DNA of 64,000 nt from a virus (Duplodnaviria; Caudoviricetes), in the IMG/VR virus record IMGVR_UViG_3300042301_004035; one strand, given 5' to 3'. The notes under the pieces are model-generated. The model did not search any database. It was not told the DNA's origin and saw only the letters and a list, made by a program, of their open reading frames with translations. Of this stretch, positions 29,904 to 41,387 are shown piece by piece; position 1 is the first letter of the stretch; each line of letters opens with the position of its first letter. A program made the translations under genes and the position numbers.

Positions 29904-32900
29904 TCACACTGCTATAAGTGTTCTTGCAACTTTGACGGTAGCATTTGTTGATGCTGCGTCTGTGATGGTAACTCTTAACAATACGTTTGATGCGGAAATC
30001 GAAGTTGAGACTGTTAAAGGAATAACTGTTCCGCCCAATTCAATTACTGCATATTCTGACAAGTAAGATGTTGTTCCATCATGAGCAAGTAATACCTCTG
30101 AAGTCGTATACTTTGATCCCTGGGTTACTTGGACAAGGTACTTAGCTGTTCTGTAGACTGTCTTGTCAAAGCTATCAACTGTTGTGACCGTGTTCACATT
30201 AACAACTTGAGTTGAAGTATTAAGTTCACCAGTTCCAGAATCTAAGGTTATGGCGCCAGTTGCTATGCTACCAAAGGTAACTGCTGCATTGGTGGCAACG
30301 TCCTGGCCAATTGAAAGGCTAATCGTATTAGCGTTATCATCATAGGCCTTAGTTACACCCGTACCTGCTGTTATCGCGCCTTCTACGGCGTCCTGAGCTG
30401 CCTCAGAGAAGTCTGAGACCTGACTGGCAGTGATCGAGATAGACGAGTTAGAAGCTGCTGTTAAGCGCCCCTGAGCGTCTACAGTGAATGTTCCTACGGA
30501 AGATGAACTACCATATGAGCCAGCTGTGACTGCTGTTGAGGCCAAGTCAAGAGTAACAGCACCAGAGGTGCCACCACCAGTTAAACCAGTGCCAGCCGTT
30601 ACTGACTCAATGTCACCTGCGTCGTTTGTGAAGCTAATAACACCAGTACTCGAGTTATAAGCAAGATCACCTGAAACGCTTATTTGTGCTCTTGTATTGG
30701 CAGTAAAATCGGAAACTTGGCTGGCAAGAATACTTATTGCAGTATTAGCTGCGGCTGTCAAACGACCTTGTGCATCTACTGTGTAGTTTGGAACAGTACT
30801 TGCATTGCCGTAGCTACCAGCTGTTACAGCTGTGCTATCAAGATTTAAAGTTATTGTATCAGTTGCACTTGCGATAGAACTTAAACCAGTGCCACCAGCA
30901 ATTGTTAAAGTATCGGTGCCTGAAGTAATTGTTTGGCTTGAGCCAGAGTCACCAGCAACCGTAAATGACGTTGCTACGTTAGCGATGTCTGAATTGCTAG
31001 CAATATTGACATAAGTAGTTCCGTCGTTAGTAAACTGCCACTTGTCTGAAGTTTCGTCCCAACGTAATTGAACATTATCAGAAGTACCACGCTCAACTTC
31101 AAGTCCAGCATTGAGGGCTGGGCTTCCTGTAACATTGCTATTGAGAACAATAATATTATCTTCAACAGCTAAAGTTTCAGTATTAAGAGTTGTGACATTT
31201 CCATTGACTGTAAAGTTTCCAGTAACGGTGAGGTTATTAGAAATCGTAACGTTAGCTGGAAGACTAAGGGTTACTGCACCAGCTGAAGAACTAACGGCAA
31301 TTTCATTTGCGGTTCCAGTCAATGATGTCACTGCATTTGAAGAAAGGTCACTTACTTGACTTGCAAGAATACTAATCGCTGTATTACTTGCTGCGGTCAA
31401 ACGTCCTTGAGCGTCTACAGTGTAGTTTGGAACTGTAGCTGCATTTCCATAGGAACCAGCAGTGACTGCTGTGTTATCTAGGTTCACGGTAATAGTATCT
31501 GAAGTTGCTACAGATGTAAGACCTGTGCCACCAGAAACTGTAAATGTATCTCCTGCTGTAATTGTTTGGCTAGAGCCAGAATCTGCAGATGCAGTAAATG
31601 ACTGGCTTGCTACTGAGAAATCAACTTTCGCATTTGCGTCATCATAAGTTACTGTAATTCCTGATTGTGCTCCTGCTGATACCAATGTGCCAAAAGCATC
31701 TTGTGCAGCTTCTGCAAAATCGGTAACTGCTGTTGACGCAATTGATATCGCAGTATTAGCTGCAGCAGTTAAGCGACCTTGAGCGTCTACTGTGTAATTC
31801 GGGACAGTACTTGCGTTCCCATACGAGCCAGCAGTTACTGCTGTGCTAGCAAGATCCAAAGTAACAGCACCAGAGGTGCCACCACCAGTCAATCCTGTTC
31901 CTGCAGTAACCGACTCAATATCTCCGGCGTCGTTTGTGAAACTAATAACACCAGTTGAACTGTTATAGGCAAGATCTCCAGAAACGCTAATTTGGGCTCT
32001 GGTGTTAGCAGTGAAGTCTGAAATCTTTCCTGCTGTCAAAGTAGTGAAAGTAAGATCCCCAGCACCATTGGTCATTAACACTGCACCGTTGGCTCCATCA
32101 GCACCAACTGCTGAAATGATAGAAGCTTCTGTTGTTCCAACGATTGTAGTGAAGTCTAATACTCCAGAACCATTAGTGGTGAGTGCTTGACCACTAGTTC
32201 CGTCACCACCAGCTGCTGCGATAAGAGCAGCTGCAGTTACGTCTCCAAGATTAGCATAGTTGGTGCCATCATTTGTAAATGTCCACTTGTCCGTAGTTTC
32301 ATTCCAAAGAATAGAAACATCTGTTGATGTTCCTCTGTTAACTTCTATACCACTATTTAATGTTGGAGCACCTGTAACGCCAGAGTTTAATGTAATAATA
32401 TTATCTTCAACATTTAACTGTTCCGTATTAACAGTTGTTGTGTTACCGCTAACTGTCAAGTCCCCAGTAACAACTAAGTTGTTTGAAATAGTTACGTTAG
32501 CTGGCAGGCTAAGTGTTACCGCACCAACGCCAGAGTTAGAAACTGCAATTTCATTTGCAGTTCCTGTTAAACCAGTGACAAGATTTGATCCCTTATCACT
32601 GATCTGTGAGGCTGTTACTGAAATTGTGGTATTACCAGCTGCGGTTAAACGACCTTGTGCGTCAACTGTGAATGTTCCGACAGTGCCTGCTGCACCGTAA
32701 GACCCGGCTGTAACTGCAGTATTAGCAAGATCTAAGGTAACCGATCCAGAAGTACCGCCACCAACAAGGCCAGTGCCTGCAGTTACTGATTCAATGTCAC
32801 CTGCGTCATTGGTGAAGCTAATAACACCAGTGCTTGAGTTATAAGCAAGATCCCCAGAAACGCTAATCTGTGCTCTTGTGTTTGCGGTGAAGTCTGAAAC

Positions 32901-34386
32901 TTGCGAAGCAAGAATGCTAATCGCTGTGTTTGCAGCTGCGGTCAAACGACCTTGAGCGTCTACCGTAAAACCTGCAACGGTATTAGCAGCACCATACGAT
33001 CCTGCTGTAACTGCCGTTGAAGCAAGATCGAGAGTAACTGCTCCAGAAGTGCCACCGCCAGTGAGTCCAGTGCCAGCAGTAACTGATTCAATATCTCCAG
33101 CGTCATTTGTAAAGCTAATGACACCTGTAGTCGAATTGTAGGCAAGATCTCCGCCAGCACTAATTTGTGCTCTAACGTTTCCTTGGAAATCTGAAACCTG
33201 ACTAGCAAGAATGCTAATTGCGGTATTTGCTGCGGCCGTCAAACGACCTTGAGCATCAACCGTGTAGTTTGGGACTGTGCTTGCATTCCCATAAGAGCCT
33301 GCTGTAACTGCGGTGCTGTCAAGATTAAGTGTAACTGTATCTGTATTTGAAGTTACAGATGTTAAACCAGTTCCACCTAAAATGCTAAGCGTATCTGAAC
33401 CTGAAGTAATAGTTTTACTTGTACCAGAATCACCTGCAACCTCAAATGAAGTAGCTACGTTTGCAACCAAGTTTGTAGCAAAAGTTTGTGCTGCCGTTTG
33501 GGCACTTGAAGCGGCGCCGAAAGAATCAAAGGTATTGGCTGTTACTGCTATTGTTGGAGTAGCGCCTTCGCCGCTATTATTGGAGAGGGTGATTGCCGTT
33601 CCAGCCACTAAGCTAGAAACATAGTCGCCAATAGTATCTGTTGAAAGGTTTACTGCATCGTTGATCCAAGCTGAACCATTGTAACGGAGGAAGTCTCCAT
33701 TGGCGGCTGAAGTCAAGGTGACATCGCCTAGATCATCAATCGAACCAATTGTTACTGTTGAGCCAGCAACTGCTGCATAGACGCCAACTCTAACCGAGCT
33801 AGAAGATGGTGCAGCTGAAAAATCTAAAGTAACTGTTCCGGTTGTTGTGGCTTCCCAACGAACGTCAATTACTTCATATGGGCTTGCTGCGTTTCGTGCA
33901 ACAACAACAACATCTCTTGTTCCCAGCTGGTGGGTAATAGTAAAACTAGTAGTGCTACCATCGCCTATGGTTGAGGTGTAAACTGTTCCAGCTAAACCAG
34001 TGTCGGTATCAGGAGCAAATTTAGTTCCATTAAATTTTAATACTTGATTTGTAGTGGCTCCAGTTGTGTCAATTTCAATTCCGTCAACAAATAGAGTTGA
34101 AACATTAGCCTGACTAGTCTGGATAGTAGATGGAAGACTTAGGGTATAAACTCCAGAAGTGGCATTGGCCGAAACCGTGACTTGGTTTGCTGTGCCAATA
34201 ACATTAGATATTAAATTAACTCCGTATTATAGCATTTGCTGTTTTGTTTTTATAAAACAATTTACCGTCGACAACGTTGATGGCCAATTCGCCTTCAGCA
34301 AGTGAAGAAGGCGTATTATCAGCTTCATCTGATCTTTTAATTAAAAGTGTATTATTTGTTGCAAATTTAGAGCCGCTATAAGCCAC
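29904..34386 (-). CDS. Long tail fibre (~1493 aa) with a +1 frameshift at CGG 34222-34224
   Basis: True start GTG 34386 (RBS GGAAGAGG; TTACTATA 37 nt upstream) gives MAYSGSKFATNNTLLIKRS...LAEGELAINVVDGKLFYK (Mtd-N-like); skipping the C of CGG joins it to the frame containing the 1270-aa track ORF. Confidence 0.8.
30400..33400 (-). repeat. Internal repeats of the long fibre (VTAGSYG..TVDAQGRLTAA; RAQISVSGDLAYNSSTGVISFTNDAGDIESVTAGTGL), approximate bounds
   Basis: About seven copies of the first unit and four of the second in the translation. Confidence 0.85.
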
Positions 34387-34422
34387 GAGCTACCTCTTCC
34401 TGAAGTACATTAATTCTTGTAT

Positions 34423-34430
34423 TATAGTAA
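34423..34430 (-). promoter_or_regulatory. Putative late promoter TTACTATA
   Basis: 37 nt upstream of GTG 34386, supporting that start. Confidence 0.55.
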
Positions 34431-34462
34431 TAGGTTATAAATATTATTAATTCTATACTCTA

Positions 34463-35140
34463 TTATATTTGTCCGTATGATCTCCATAAAGCGCCAGTAT
34501 ATTGATGGGCAAGGCTCCAATTTGCTAAAAAATATTTAGCTCCACTTTGAATTGGAGTACTTTCATGAATATGGCTTGGGTTAGAAGGCCAAAATAACAT
34601 GCTACCGACAGGAGCATCAATATTACTGTAACCCTGCCTTGGAAAGTTTAATAGTCCCCCGTCATAATTATTGTTTAATTTTATAGAAAAACTTATAATG
34701 CCTGAATCAAAATGCATTCCTATGCTTTCGTGAATGCCTTTTTGGTATTTTCCGAAAATTGGTCTTTGCCAACCGTTGAACCAGCTCTCTGCGCTAACAG
34801 AGTTATTCTTTATTCTATCATTATTATCAACAACTGTTTTATTATAATCGCCAAAAAACGCATCATTGACAATAGGGAGTATCAAAGTTTTAGAGTGTAA
34901 GCAGTAGTCATCAAAAAGGGTATCAGAAATATAATTGATTGGAAGATCATTTGCCGGTATGCTATCAACATAATCAATGGAGCCAGAATTATCTATATAG
35001 GCTTTATCTATTTTTTCTATTAATTCATTACAGAAATCTTCTTTCCAAAATTGGACCATATATATATCTTGGGCTACTTTACTAAAACCTGGATCAACCA
35101 CTACACCTTTAGCGTATGCTGGGTCCTTAAAATGAAGCAT
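34463..35140 (-). CDS. 2OG-Fe(II) oxygenase (PLOD C-terminal / P4H-like)
   Basis: MVQFWKEDFC, HFD...LNNNYDGGLLNFP...HIHESTPIQSGAKY. Confidence 0.88.
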   Translation of the reverse strand: MLHFKDPAYAKGVVVDPGFSKVAQDIYMVQFWKEDFCNELIEKIDKAYIDNSGSIDYVDSIPANDLPINYISDTLFDDYCLHSKTLILPIVNDAFFGDYNKTVVDNNDRIKNNSVSAESWFNGWQRPIFGKYQKGIHESIGMHFDSGIISFSIKLNNNYDGGLLNFPRQGYSNIDAPVGSMLFWPSNPSHIHESTPIQSGAKYFLANWSLAHQYTGALWRSYGQI

Positions 35141-35142
35141 GA

Positions 35143-35388
35143 TTAATCCAACTTATCTTCTGGATTTTCATCCTTTAAAATCCACCCAACTTGAACGCTT
35201 TCAGCTGTTTCTTCAGGAATTCTATACACTTTTGGGTTGGATGATAAAACACTAATAGCAAGTTCTTCATGGACAGGAACTGGCACTTTTAAAACAATAG
35301 TGTCATTAACAACAAATGCAAAAAAAACATTTTCTTGTTTTTGTATTAAAAAATCAATTTCTTCAATAGGTTCTGGTGCTGTATACAT
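35143..35388 (-). CDS. Hypothetical protein
   Basis: 81-aa ORF filling the gap. Confidence 0.65.
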   Translation of the reverse strand: MYTAPEPIEEIDFLIQKQENVFFAFVVNDTIVLKVPVPVHEELAISVLSSNPKVYRIPEETAESVQVGWILKDENPEDKLD

Positions 35389-35443
35389 ATTTATACCCTT
35401 TATGCTTAAGTAGATATATGATACTACACAAAATACTCTTTAG

Positions 35444-36402
35444 TCAAATGTTAGTATCCTGGTTTATTAAGTCTCTATATGAGTAGCCCATAGCTTCCAT
35501 GTACTCTAAGTATTTTTCTTCATTCTTTGCAGCGAGTGGGCCAAATTCTTGACCTAGCAAAACTTTATTAAAATGCCTTGCGTTGTGCCTCATTAGACCG
35601 GGAATGATCAATTTTATCATATTGGTTTGCAAAATCACCAACACCTAAAGTTTGCCTATATTCTGAATTTTTTCCTAAGTGAAATACTACAGTTTCCTTA
35701 ACTGTAAATATCCTATAGTCATTAGTCCATGCTCTTAAAGCAAAGGTATGCTCTTCACCAAACATAAGAATTCTTGGATCTGGTATTATATCTTTAAAAA
35801 AATCGGATGTAGAAAAAATAAAATGTCCACTTACAAAATGAGATTGTGCATATTCTTTTTCTGACCAATTTACGGGCACTTCTTTATCTTTGTATATTTC
35901 TTTGCTATTATTTAGCTTTATTAAAACTTCTATATTTCCTTTGGCTATGTCCGATGGCTGCACGTAAGCATCAGTGTGGTATATCAAATCGCCATTTTCT
36001 TTTTTTTCAAACCAAGGTGTCCTTGAACTAATAATTATATTATAGCAATACGTTTTTAGTATTAAATTATGATAATCTTTTAAAGTTTTATCCCATTTTG
36101 CCTTAAACCTCATATGCCCGATCTATCCTCATGACATAATGTTCATCATCCATTAACCACGTGGATAATAAAAACCCCATACCTAATCCAAAAGGAAAAG
36201 GAGTAGTTAAGTTGGCCGTTCTTACATTAGGATATTCTGAAAAATCTTCAAAATTATTATCTAATCTTTGATTACAGATACCAATATAAACGTTTTCTGG
36301 CTTTTCAGCGGTTTCATAAATACTTTTTACTGTGTTTAAAAGATCTTCTTCTTGAAATGCTGGAATGGCTATAAATATTTTTTCATTCACAAAATTTACC
36401 AC
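35444..36402 (-). CDS. Gnt1-like (GlcNAc family) glycosyltransferase, ~318 aa, with two +1 shifts at CGG 36118-36120 and 35598-35600
   Basis: KIFIAIPAFQE..LLNTV..P.NVYIGICNQ; shift restores IDGHMRF..KWD (family motif IDSHMRF); FVSGHFIF..DPRILMFGEE..LRAWT; three track ORFs join into one. Confidence 0.75.
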
Positions 36403-36623
36403 TTATCTAGTGGGCACTTTGCTTCTTTTAGTTTAACCTTTAATTTCATAAAACATCCACACTGCTTACATTGATTGGTGGTTTTTATCAACTCTGGGCA
36501 CTCTTCGCATATGGCAAAGCGAGCACCTTCTTCTGCACTATCAACCTTTTCAACATTAGGATTAATTAAATCCCAAGGACGTGTTGTGCCTAAATTTTTT
36601 TTCCACTCTTGATACGCTGACAT
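36396..36623 (-). CDS. Small Cys-rich (DUF6171-like) putative Zn-binding protein
   Basis: RFAICEECP...CKQCGCFMKLKVKL..AKCPLDKW; likely start ATG 36623. Confidence 0.75.
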   Translation of the reverse strand: MSAYQEWKKNLGTTRPWDLINPNVEKVDSAEEGARFAICEECPELIKTTNQCKQCGCFMKLKVKLKEAKCPLDKW

Positions 36624-36642
36624 ATTATTTTTCCTTAATGTC

Positions 36643-37161
36643 TTATTCAGTAAAAAATTGATTAACCGTTTTGTTGACAAATGATGCTGCCGAATCAGAT
36701 ACCACAACATCTTTGTAAATATCGGGAACTGTTAGCGATGCACGTTGCGCTCTAGGCATTTCAGCAAATTCAGTGTCGGTAAAACCGTACCTACTTCCCT
36801 CTTCAGCAATAAATTTTTCCTCTATATAATTAAGCATTAGTGTTCCAAGGCCTTGGCGTTGATGGTCTGGGTGAGCCATAAAAATAAAAGGTTTTCGCTT
36901 ATTGGATTGGTCATAATATCTCCCTGAAATAAAGAGCAATTGTCCGTCTTCTCCTCGGTAAAAAATATAGTGGACATCTTGGTAATCGTTGTGACCAAAC
37001 ATATTTGATTTTGCTGGAGCCACCAACTCGGTGAACCCAGGAGTGCCGTATTCGCCAAATCGTGTTTCAAAAGCACTCCAACCCGCGAAAAACATTTCTT
37101 CAGTTTGGTCAAAAGTTGCAGTAAGGTCTGACCAAAAGTCGTCTTTATTTATATCGCTCAT
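36643..37161 (-). CDS. GNAT-family acetyltransferase
   Basis: Acetyl-CoA-binding motif A: FMAHPDHQRQGLGTLML. Confidence 0.75.
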   Translation of the reverse strand: MSDINKDDFWSDLTATFDQTEEMFFAGWSAFETRFGEYGTPGFTELVAPAKSNMFGHNDYQDVHYIFYRGEDGQLLFISGRYYDQSNKRKPFIFMAHPDHQRQGLGTLMLNYIEEKFIAEEGSRYGFTDTEFAEMPRAQRASLTVPDIYKDVVVSDSAASFVNKTVNQFFTE

Positions 37162-37214
37162 AATCTATATTCTTTCTTTTTTTTTTATTTATTGAATTAA
37201 TTATACCATATTTT

Positions 37215-37635
37215 TTAGATACAGGATAGGTATGGTGCCTTGATACCAACGCACGTGCCGCAACAAGGTCCTATGCTGCTAAGATCTACGCCAATACAGT
37301 CAGGGCATGGTGGTGGTGGTGGCTCAGTGAAACCTGGCGGGGAAAAGAAATCTGGTGGGGAAAAGAAACCTGGCGGACCAAAAAAACTTGGTGGAGAAAA
37401 AAGCCCATATTCATAATTTATAACTGTACCCAATGGGACGACTGCAGTATCTGTTAAGGCTGTGAGAACTTTTTGGTCTAAGGTAGCATCTTGGGTGGCT
37501 GCGCTTACAACAGTTCCCACAACATGTCCTGCCGCAATTATCGCGGCGTTTGCGTTAACCTGTGTTGTGCCTTGAGCTATAGTGGGCTTAGCGGCTCTTC
37601 TTGAGCCGGCCCGAACTACCTATTGGAACTGTCAT
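37215..37635 (-). CDS. Second PASTA-like (FxPPxF)4 Cys-tail protein, 139 aa, with a +1 shift at CGG 37606-37608
   Basis: ATG 37635 MTVPIGSSG + shift gives GSRRAAKPTIAQGTTQVNANAAIIAAGHVVGTVV, collinear with paralogue 22783..23190. Confidence 0.8.
37329..37400 (-). repeat. Four 18-bp coding repeats: FSPPSF FGPPGF FSPPDF FSPPGF
   Basis: Read directly from the sequence. Confidence 0.95.
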
Positions 37636-37637
37636 AA

Positions 37638-40130
37638 TTAAGCCTTTAGATCACCCATTACCACCCAAGTGTTGGCGGCCAACTTAACCAGTGTAGCACC
37701 TGACCACTGTGCACGCAACTTGAGCCCAGGAGTACCATTCACTGTTACTCCGGTATCTCCAGCTAAAGTTACTTCACCGGTAAGATGTTTTCTTAAAACG
37801 TCTATTCTATCTCCAACAGATAAAATATCAGGTACAGTTACTGTTGTATTAGAAGCAGAATCAATAGTTACCAATTTAGCTAAATCTGTAGCCTGTAAAG
37901 TATAGCTTGCAGTTTGCGCATTTAAAGTAGAATTAAAACCACCTCTAGCTGGACCAGACACCAAGTCAGTTGTGGTGATAGAGTTGCTTAATGATAATTT
38001 ACTATATGCAATTGCCGCAGAAGAATTAATATCAATATCAAGAATAGTCCCATCTAAAATCATTGAAGATGTAACTGTATTTCCAGGAAGAATTACCGTT
38101 CCAGTAAATGTTGGTGAAGCCAAGGTTGCAAAACCTGAGATAGATGCACCTGCTGGAATTGTTACATTACCCGTAAAAGTTGGTGAAGCAAGGGGTGCTT
38201 TTAGGGCAATGCTGTTTGTGAGTGTTGTGGATAGATCAGCGTCATTTCCAAGTGCGGTGGCAATCTCCCCAAGGGTATCCAAGGTCGCACCAGCACTATT
38301 TACAAGTGCTGCAACCTCTGCTCGAACAAATGCCGTAGTAGCAATTTGTGTTGTATTAGTTGCCAATGTTGCTGTAGGCGCAGTTGGTGTTCCGGTTAAA
38401 TCTGGGGATGCAAGTGTTGCAAAACCCGAAATGGAAGCACCTGCGGGGATTGTTACAGTTCCTGTAAATGTTGGAGAAGCGATATTTGCTTTTAGATCAA
38501 GAGCTGTTTGTTGAAATGTTGAAACTGGTTTTGCAGTATCAGCAGTGTTGTCAACCGAACCTAGGCCAACCATTGCCTTAGTTATTCCAGAAACATTACC
38601 AGTAAAAGTTGGAGATGCAAGTGTTGCATAACCTGCGGCATTGACCCAAGCTGAACCACTCCATTTGAGAAGATCACCCGTGGCTGCCGAAGTAATTGTT
38701 ACATCACTAATATCATCAAGGGCGTTGATAACTGTTCCAGCATTGTCGGCTGAATTAACCCACTTTGAACTGCTGTTGTTCCACTTTAGAATTTCACCGT
38801 TTGATATATTTGAGACGAGTACATCAGCTAAATCTGTTATGTTGAGGCTGCCAGCTGTTGCCACATTATCTGCGGCAGGTGTAAATTTTGTTCCATTAAA
38901 TTTAAGAACTTGGCCACTAGTCGCGCCTGTTGTGTCGACCTCTATGCTGTCTACAAATAATATAGACGTATTTACATTACCTGTAAAAGTAGGTGAAGCG
39001 AGGGGCGCCTTAAGGTCGAGGGCAGTTTGCGTAGCTGTTGATATAGGTTTTGCGGTATCTGAAGTGTTGTCTACAGACCCAAGACCAATCATAGTTGCGG
39101 TAATGCCAGAAACATTTCCAGTAAATGTAGGTGAAGCAATATTCGCCTTAAGGTCAATAGCCGTCTGTTGCGCAGTAGACACAGGCTTTTCCGTATCTGC
39201 GGTATTATCAACCAAATTTAAACCTACCATCGTTTTGGTGATACCAGAAACGTTGCCCGTAAAAGTGGGTGAAGCAATATCGGCCTTGAGGTCAAGTGCA
39301 GTTTGTTGAGCGGTAGAAACTGGTTTAGCCGTGTCAGAAGTATTATTGACCGACCCAAGGCCAATCATCGTTGCGGTAATACCACTTACTGTGCCCGTAA
39401 AAGTTGGAGAATCTAAAGTTGCGTACCCTGCTGCATTTACCCAATTAGTTCCATTATATTTTAATAAATCGCCGCTAGCAACAGAAGTAATCATAACATC
39501 TGAAAGGCTAGTAATGCCAGAAGATTCTGCTGTTAGTAAAGTCGTTATGGAAACATTAGATGTACCATCAAAAGACACTGACCCAGTAACTGGCCCTGTT
39601 AAAGATATGGTTCTAGCATTTAATAACTTAGTTGCAGTATCCGCATTCCCAACTACCGCACCTGTGTGGGTCCCGGTAGAATTACCCGTTAAATTACCGG
39701 TTACATTACCGGTTACATTGCCAGTTAGATCGCCAGTAATTCCACTTGAATTCAAAATATCGTAAAAATTAGTTCCGTCATTAGTTAGTTGCCACTTATC
39801 CGTTGACTCATCCCAGCGTATTTGAACGTTGGTAGAAGTTCCACGTTCTACTTCTATCCCAGCGTTAGTACTTGGAGCACCAGTAACGCCAGTATTTAAA
39901 ACTATAATATTATCTTCTATTAGAAGAGTTTCCGCGTTAACTGTTACTGTTGAACCAGACACAGTTAAGTCCCCACTTATAACAACATTTTCTGTCGTAG
40001 ATATATTGCTACTATTTTTTACCCAAGATAAGGATGTAGAAACTACTGCATTAAATTCGTTGACATAATACAATAAATCATTGGTTGGGTCTAGGGCTAT
40101 TTGCCCTTTCGCTAAATTCGGTACGGCCAT
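37638..40130 (-). CDS. Tail fibre protein
   Basis: EDNIIVLN..NAGIEVERG module, four DNT.DT.KP.ST..QTA.DLKA repeats, C-terminal GTPGLKLRAQWS domain shared with 23192..25138. Confidence 0.82.
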   Translation of the reverse strand: MAVPNLAKGQIALDPTNDLLYYVNEFNAVVSTSLSWVKNSSNISTTENVVISGDLTVSGSTVTVNAETLLIEDNIIVLNTGVTGAPSTNAGIEVERGTSTNVQIRWDESTDKWQLTNDGTNFYDILNSSGITGDLTGNVTGNVTGNLTGNSTGTHTGAVVGNADTATKLLNARTISLTGPVTGSVSFDGTSNVSITTLLTAESSGITSLSDVMITSVASGDLLKYNGTNWVNAAGYATLDSPTFTGTVSGITATMIGLGSVNNTSDTAKPVSTAQQTALDLKADIASPTFTGNVSGITKTMVGLNLVDNTADTEKPVSTAQQTAIDLKANIASPTFTGNVSGITATMIGLGSVDNTSDTAKPISTATQTALDLKAPLASPTFTGNVNTSILFVDSIEVDTTGATSGQVLKFNGTKFTPAADNVATAGSLNITDLADVLVSNISNGEILKWNNSSSKWVNSADNAGTVINALDDISDVTITSAATGDLLKWSGSAWVNAAGYATLASPTFTGNVSGITKAMVGLGSVDNTADTAKPVSTFQQTALDLKANIASPTFTGTVTIPAGASISGFATLASPDLTGTPTAPTATLATNTTQIATTAFVRAEVAALVNSAGATLDTLGEIATALGNDADLSTTLTNSIALKAPLASPTFTGNVTIPAGASISGFATLASPTFTGTVILPGNTVTSSMILDGTILDIDINSSAAIAYSKLSLSNSITTTDLVSGPARGGFNSTLNAQTASYTLQATDLAKLVTIDSASNTTVTVPDILSVGDRIDVLRKHLTGEVTLAGDTGVTVNGTPGLKLRAQWSGATLVKLAANTWVVMGDLKA

Positions 40131-40146
40131 TAAAAACCTTTCTTAT

Positions 40147-41385
40147 TTAAAAGGTTCCACCATCAAAGGTTAGATTGTCTATAGAACCACCTGTGATTGA
40201 AACGTTGCTTGAATTTTGTGTCGCAATTGTTCCAAGACCTAGTGTAGTTCTAGCTGCAGATGCATCTATGTCATCGACAAGACTTCTGCCAAATGCGGTA
40301 AAAGTTGCAAGAGCTGCCGTGTTTGCTCCAGTGAAATAAGGAATTCTATCTGCTTCAGAAGTTAAGCCAGCAATTGCTGCTAGTTCCGCATCGTAAGCTT
40401 GTACGTTTGTGCCAATTACTAAACCTAAGTTAGTCCTTGCATTCGCCGCATCAGTTGCGCCAGTACCGCCATAAGCGATCCCTATAGTTGTTGCACTCCA
40501 AGTACCTGTTGCAACATTACCAAGCGACGTTAAACTTGAGTTAATAACACCTGAACCAAGTGTAGTATTACTTAATACTGAAGTCCCATCAATTTTAAAA
40601 ATTTTACTTGATACTAGGTCAACATGCTCTGATGATGTCCAGGCGTCTGTTGAGTCAACCCAGTTAAAGGTCTTATCTGTTGCGCCTTTGACTGTGAAAC
40701 CAGCACCATCTGCTGTTACATCTGTCGGAGATGCTGTATTAGCTAAAACTATATTCTTATCTTCAACTACTAAAGTTGCAGTGTTAAGCGTTGTTGTATT
40801 TCCGTTAACGATTAAATCGCCTGTTACAGTGAGGTTATTGCTAATTGTGACGTTGGCTGGAAGACTCAATGTTACCGCACCATTTGATGCGGAGACAGAT
40901 ACTTCATTGGTTGTTCCAGTTAAAGAAATAACACCCTGGTTTGTTATAGTTATAGTGTCTGTAGCACTAGCTTGTGTAGTTATTCCTGTTCCACCAACAA
41001 TTGTAAACGTGTCACTTCCACTGGTTATTGTTAAATTAGAACCAGTATTGGCGGCTACAGTAAATGCAGTAGCGACTCCACCCATTGCTTGGTCTACATA
41101 TAGTTTGGTAGCGGCGTGTGCGTTTGCAGTTGGTGTTGCAACAGATATTGTTCCAGAAAAAGTTTTATTACCAGATATTGTTTGGTCTGTACCAAGCGTA
41201 GCATATGCTCCATAACCAGCAATAGCAATAACGGAAGTTGCACTACCACCAGCCCCGCCAGTTCCAGTTCCATAATAAAGTGTATTGTCAGCTTCGTTAA
41301 ATGCTAGCTCAGCGTTTTCAAGACTCCCTGGGGCGCCTGCTGCCCCAGCACTAGACCTTCTTTTAATTCTTAGAGTATTAGACAT
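40147..41385 (-). CDS. Fibre protein with Mtd-N-like N-terminal anchor
   Basis: [31 protein letters not shown]; ARTNLGL; C-terminal FDGGTF. Confidence 0.75.
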   Translation of the reverse strand: MSNTLRIKRRSSAGAAGAPGSLENAELAFNEADNTLYYGTGTGGAGGSATSVIAIAGYGAYATLGTDQTISGNKTFSGTISVATPTANAHAATKLYVDQAMGGVATAFTVAANTGSNLTITSGSDTFTIVGGTGITTQASATDTITITNQGVISLTGTTNEVSVSASNGAVTLSLPANVTISNNLTVTGDLIVNGNTTTLNTATLVVEDKNIVLANTASPTDVTADGAGFTVKGATDKTFNWVDSTDAWTSSEHVDLVSSKIFKIDGTSVLSNTTLGSGVINSSLTSLGNVATGTWSATTIGIAYGGTGATDAANARTNLGLVIGTNVQAYDAELAAIAGLTSEADRIPYFTGANTAALATFTAFGRSLVDDIDASAARTTLGLGTIATQNSSNVSITGGSIDNLTFDGGTF

Positions 41386-41387
41386 CT

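Noticed and set aside
40147-41385. Diversity-generating retroelement suggested by Mtd-like N-termini
   Set aside because: No reverse transcriptase and no template/variable repeat pair with adenine-specific differences in the window
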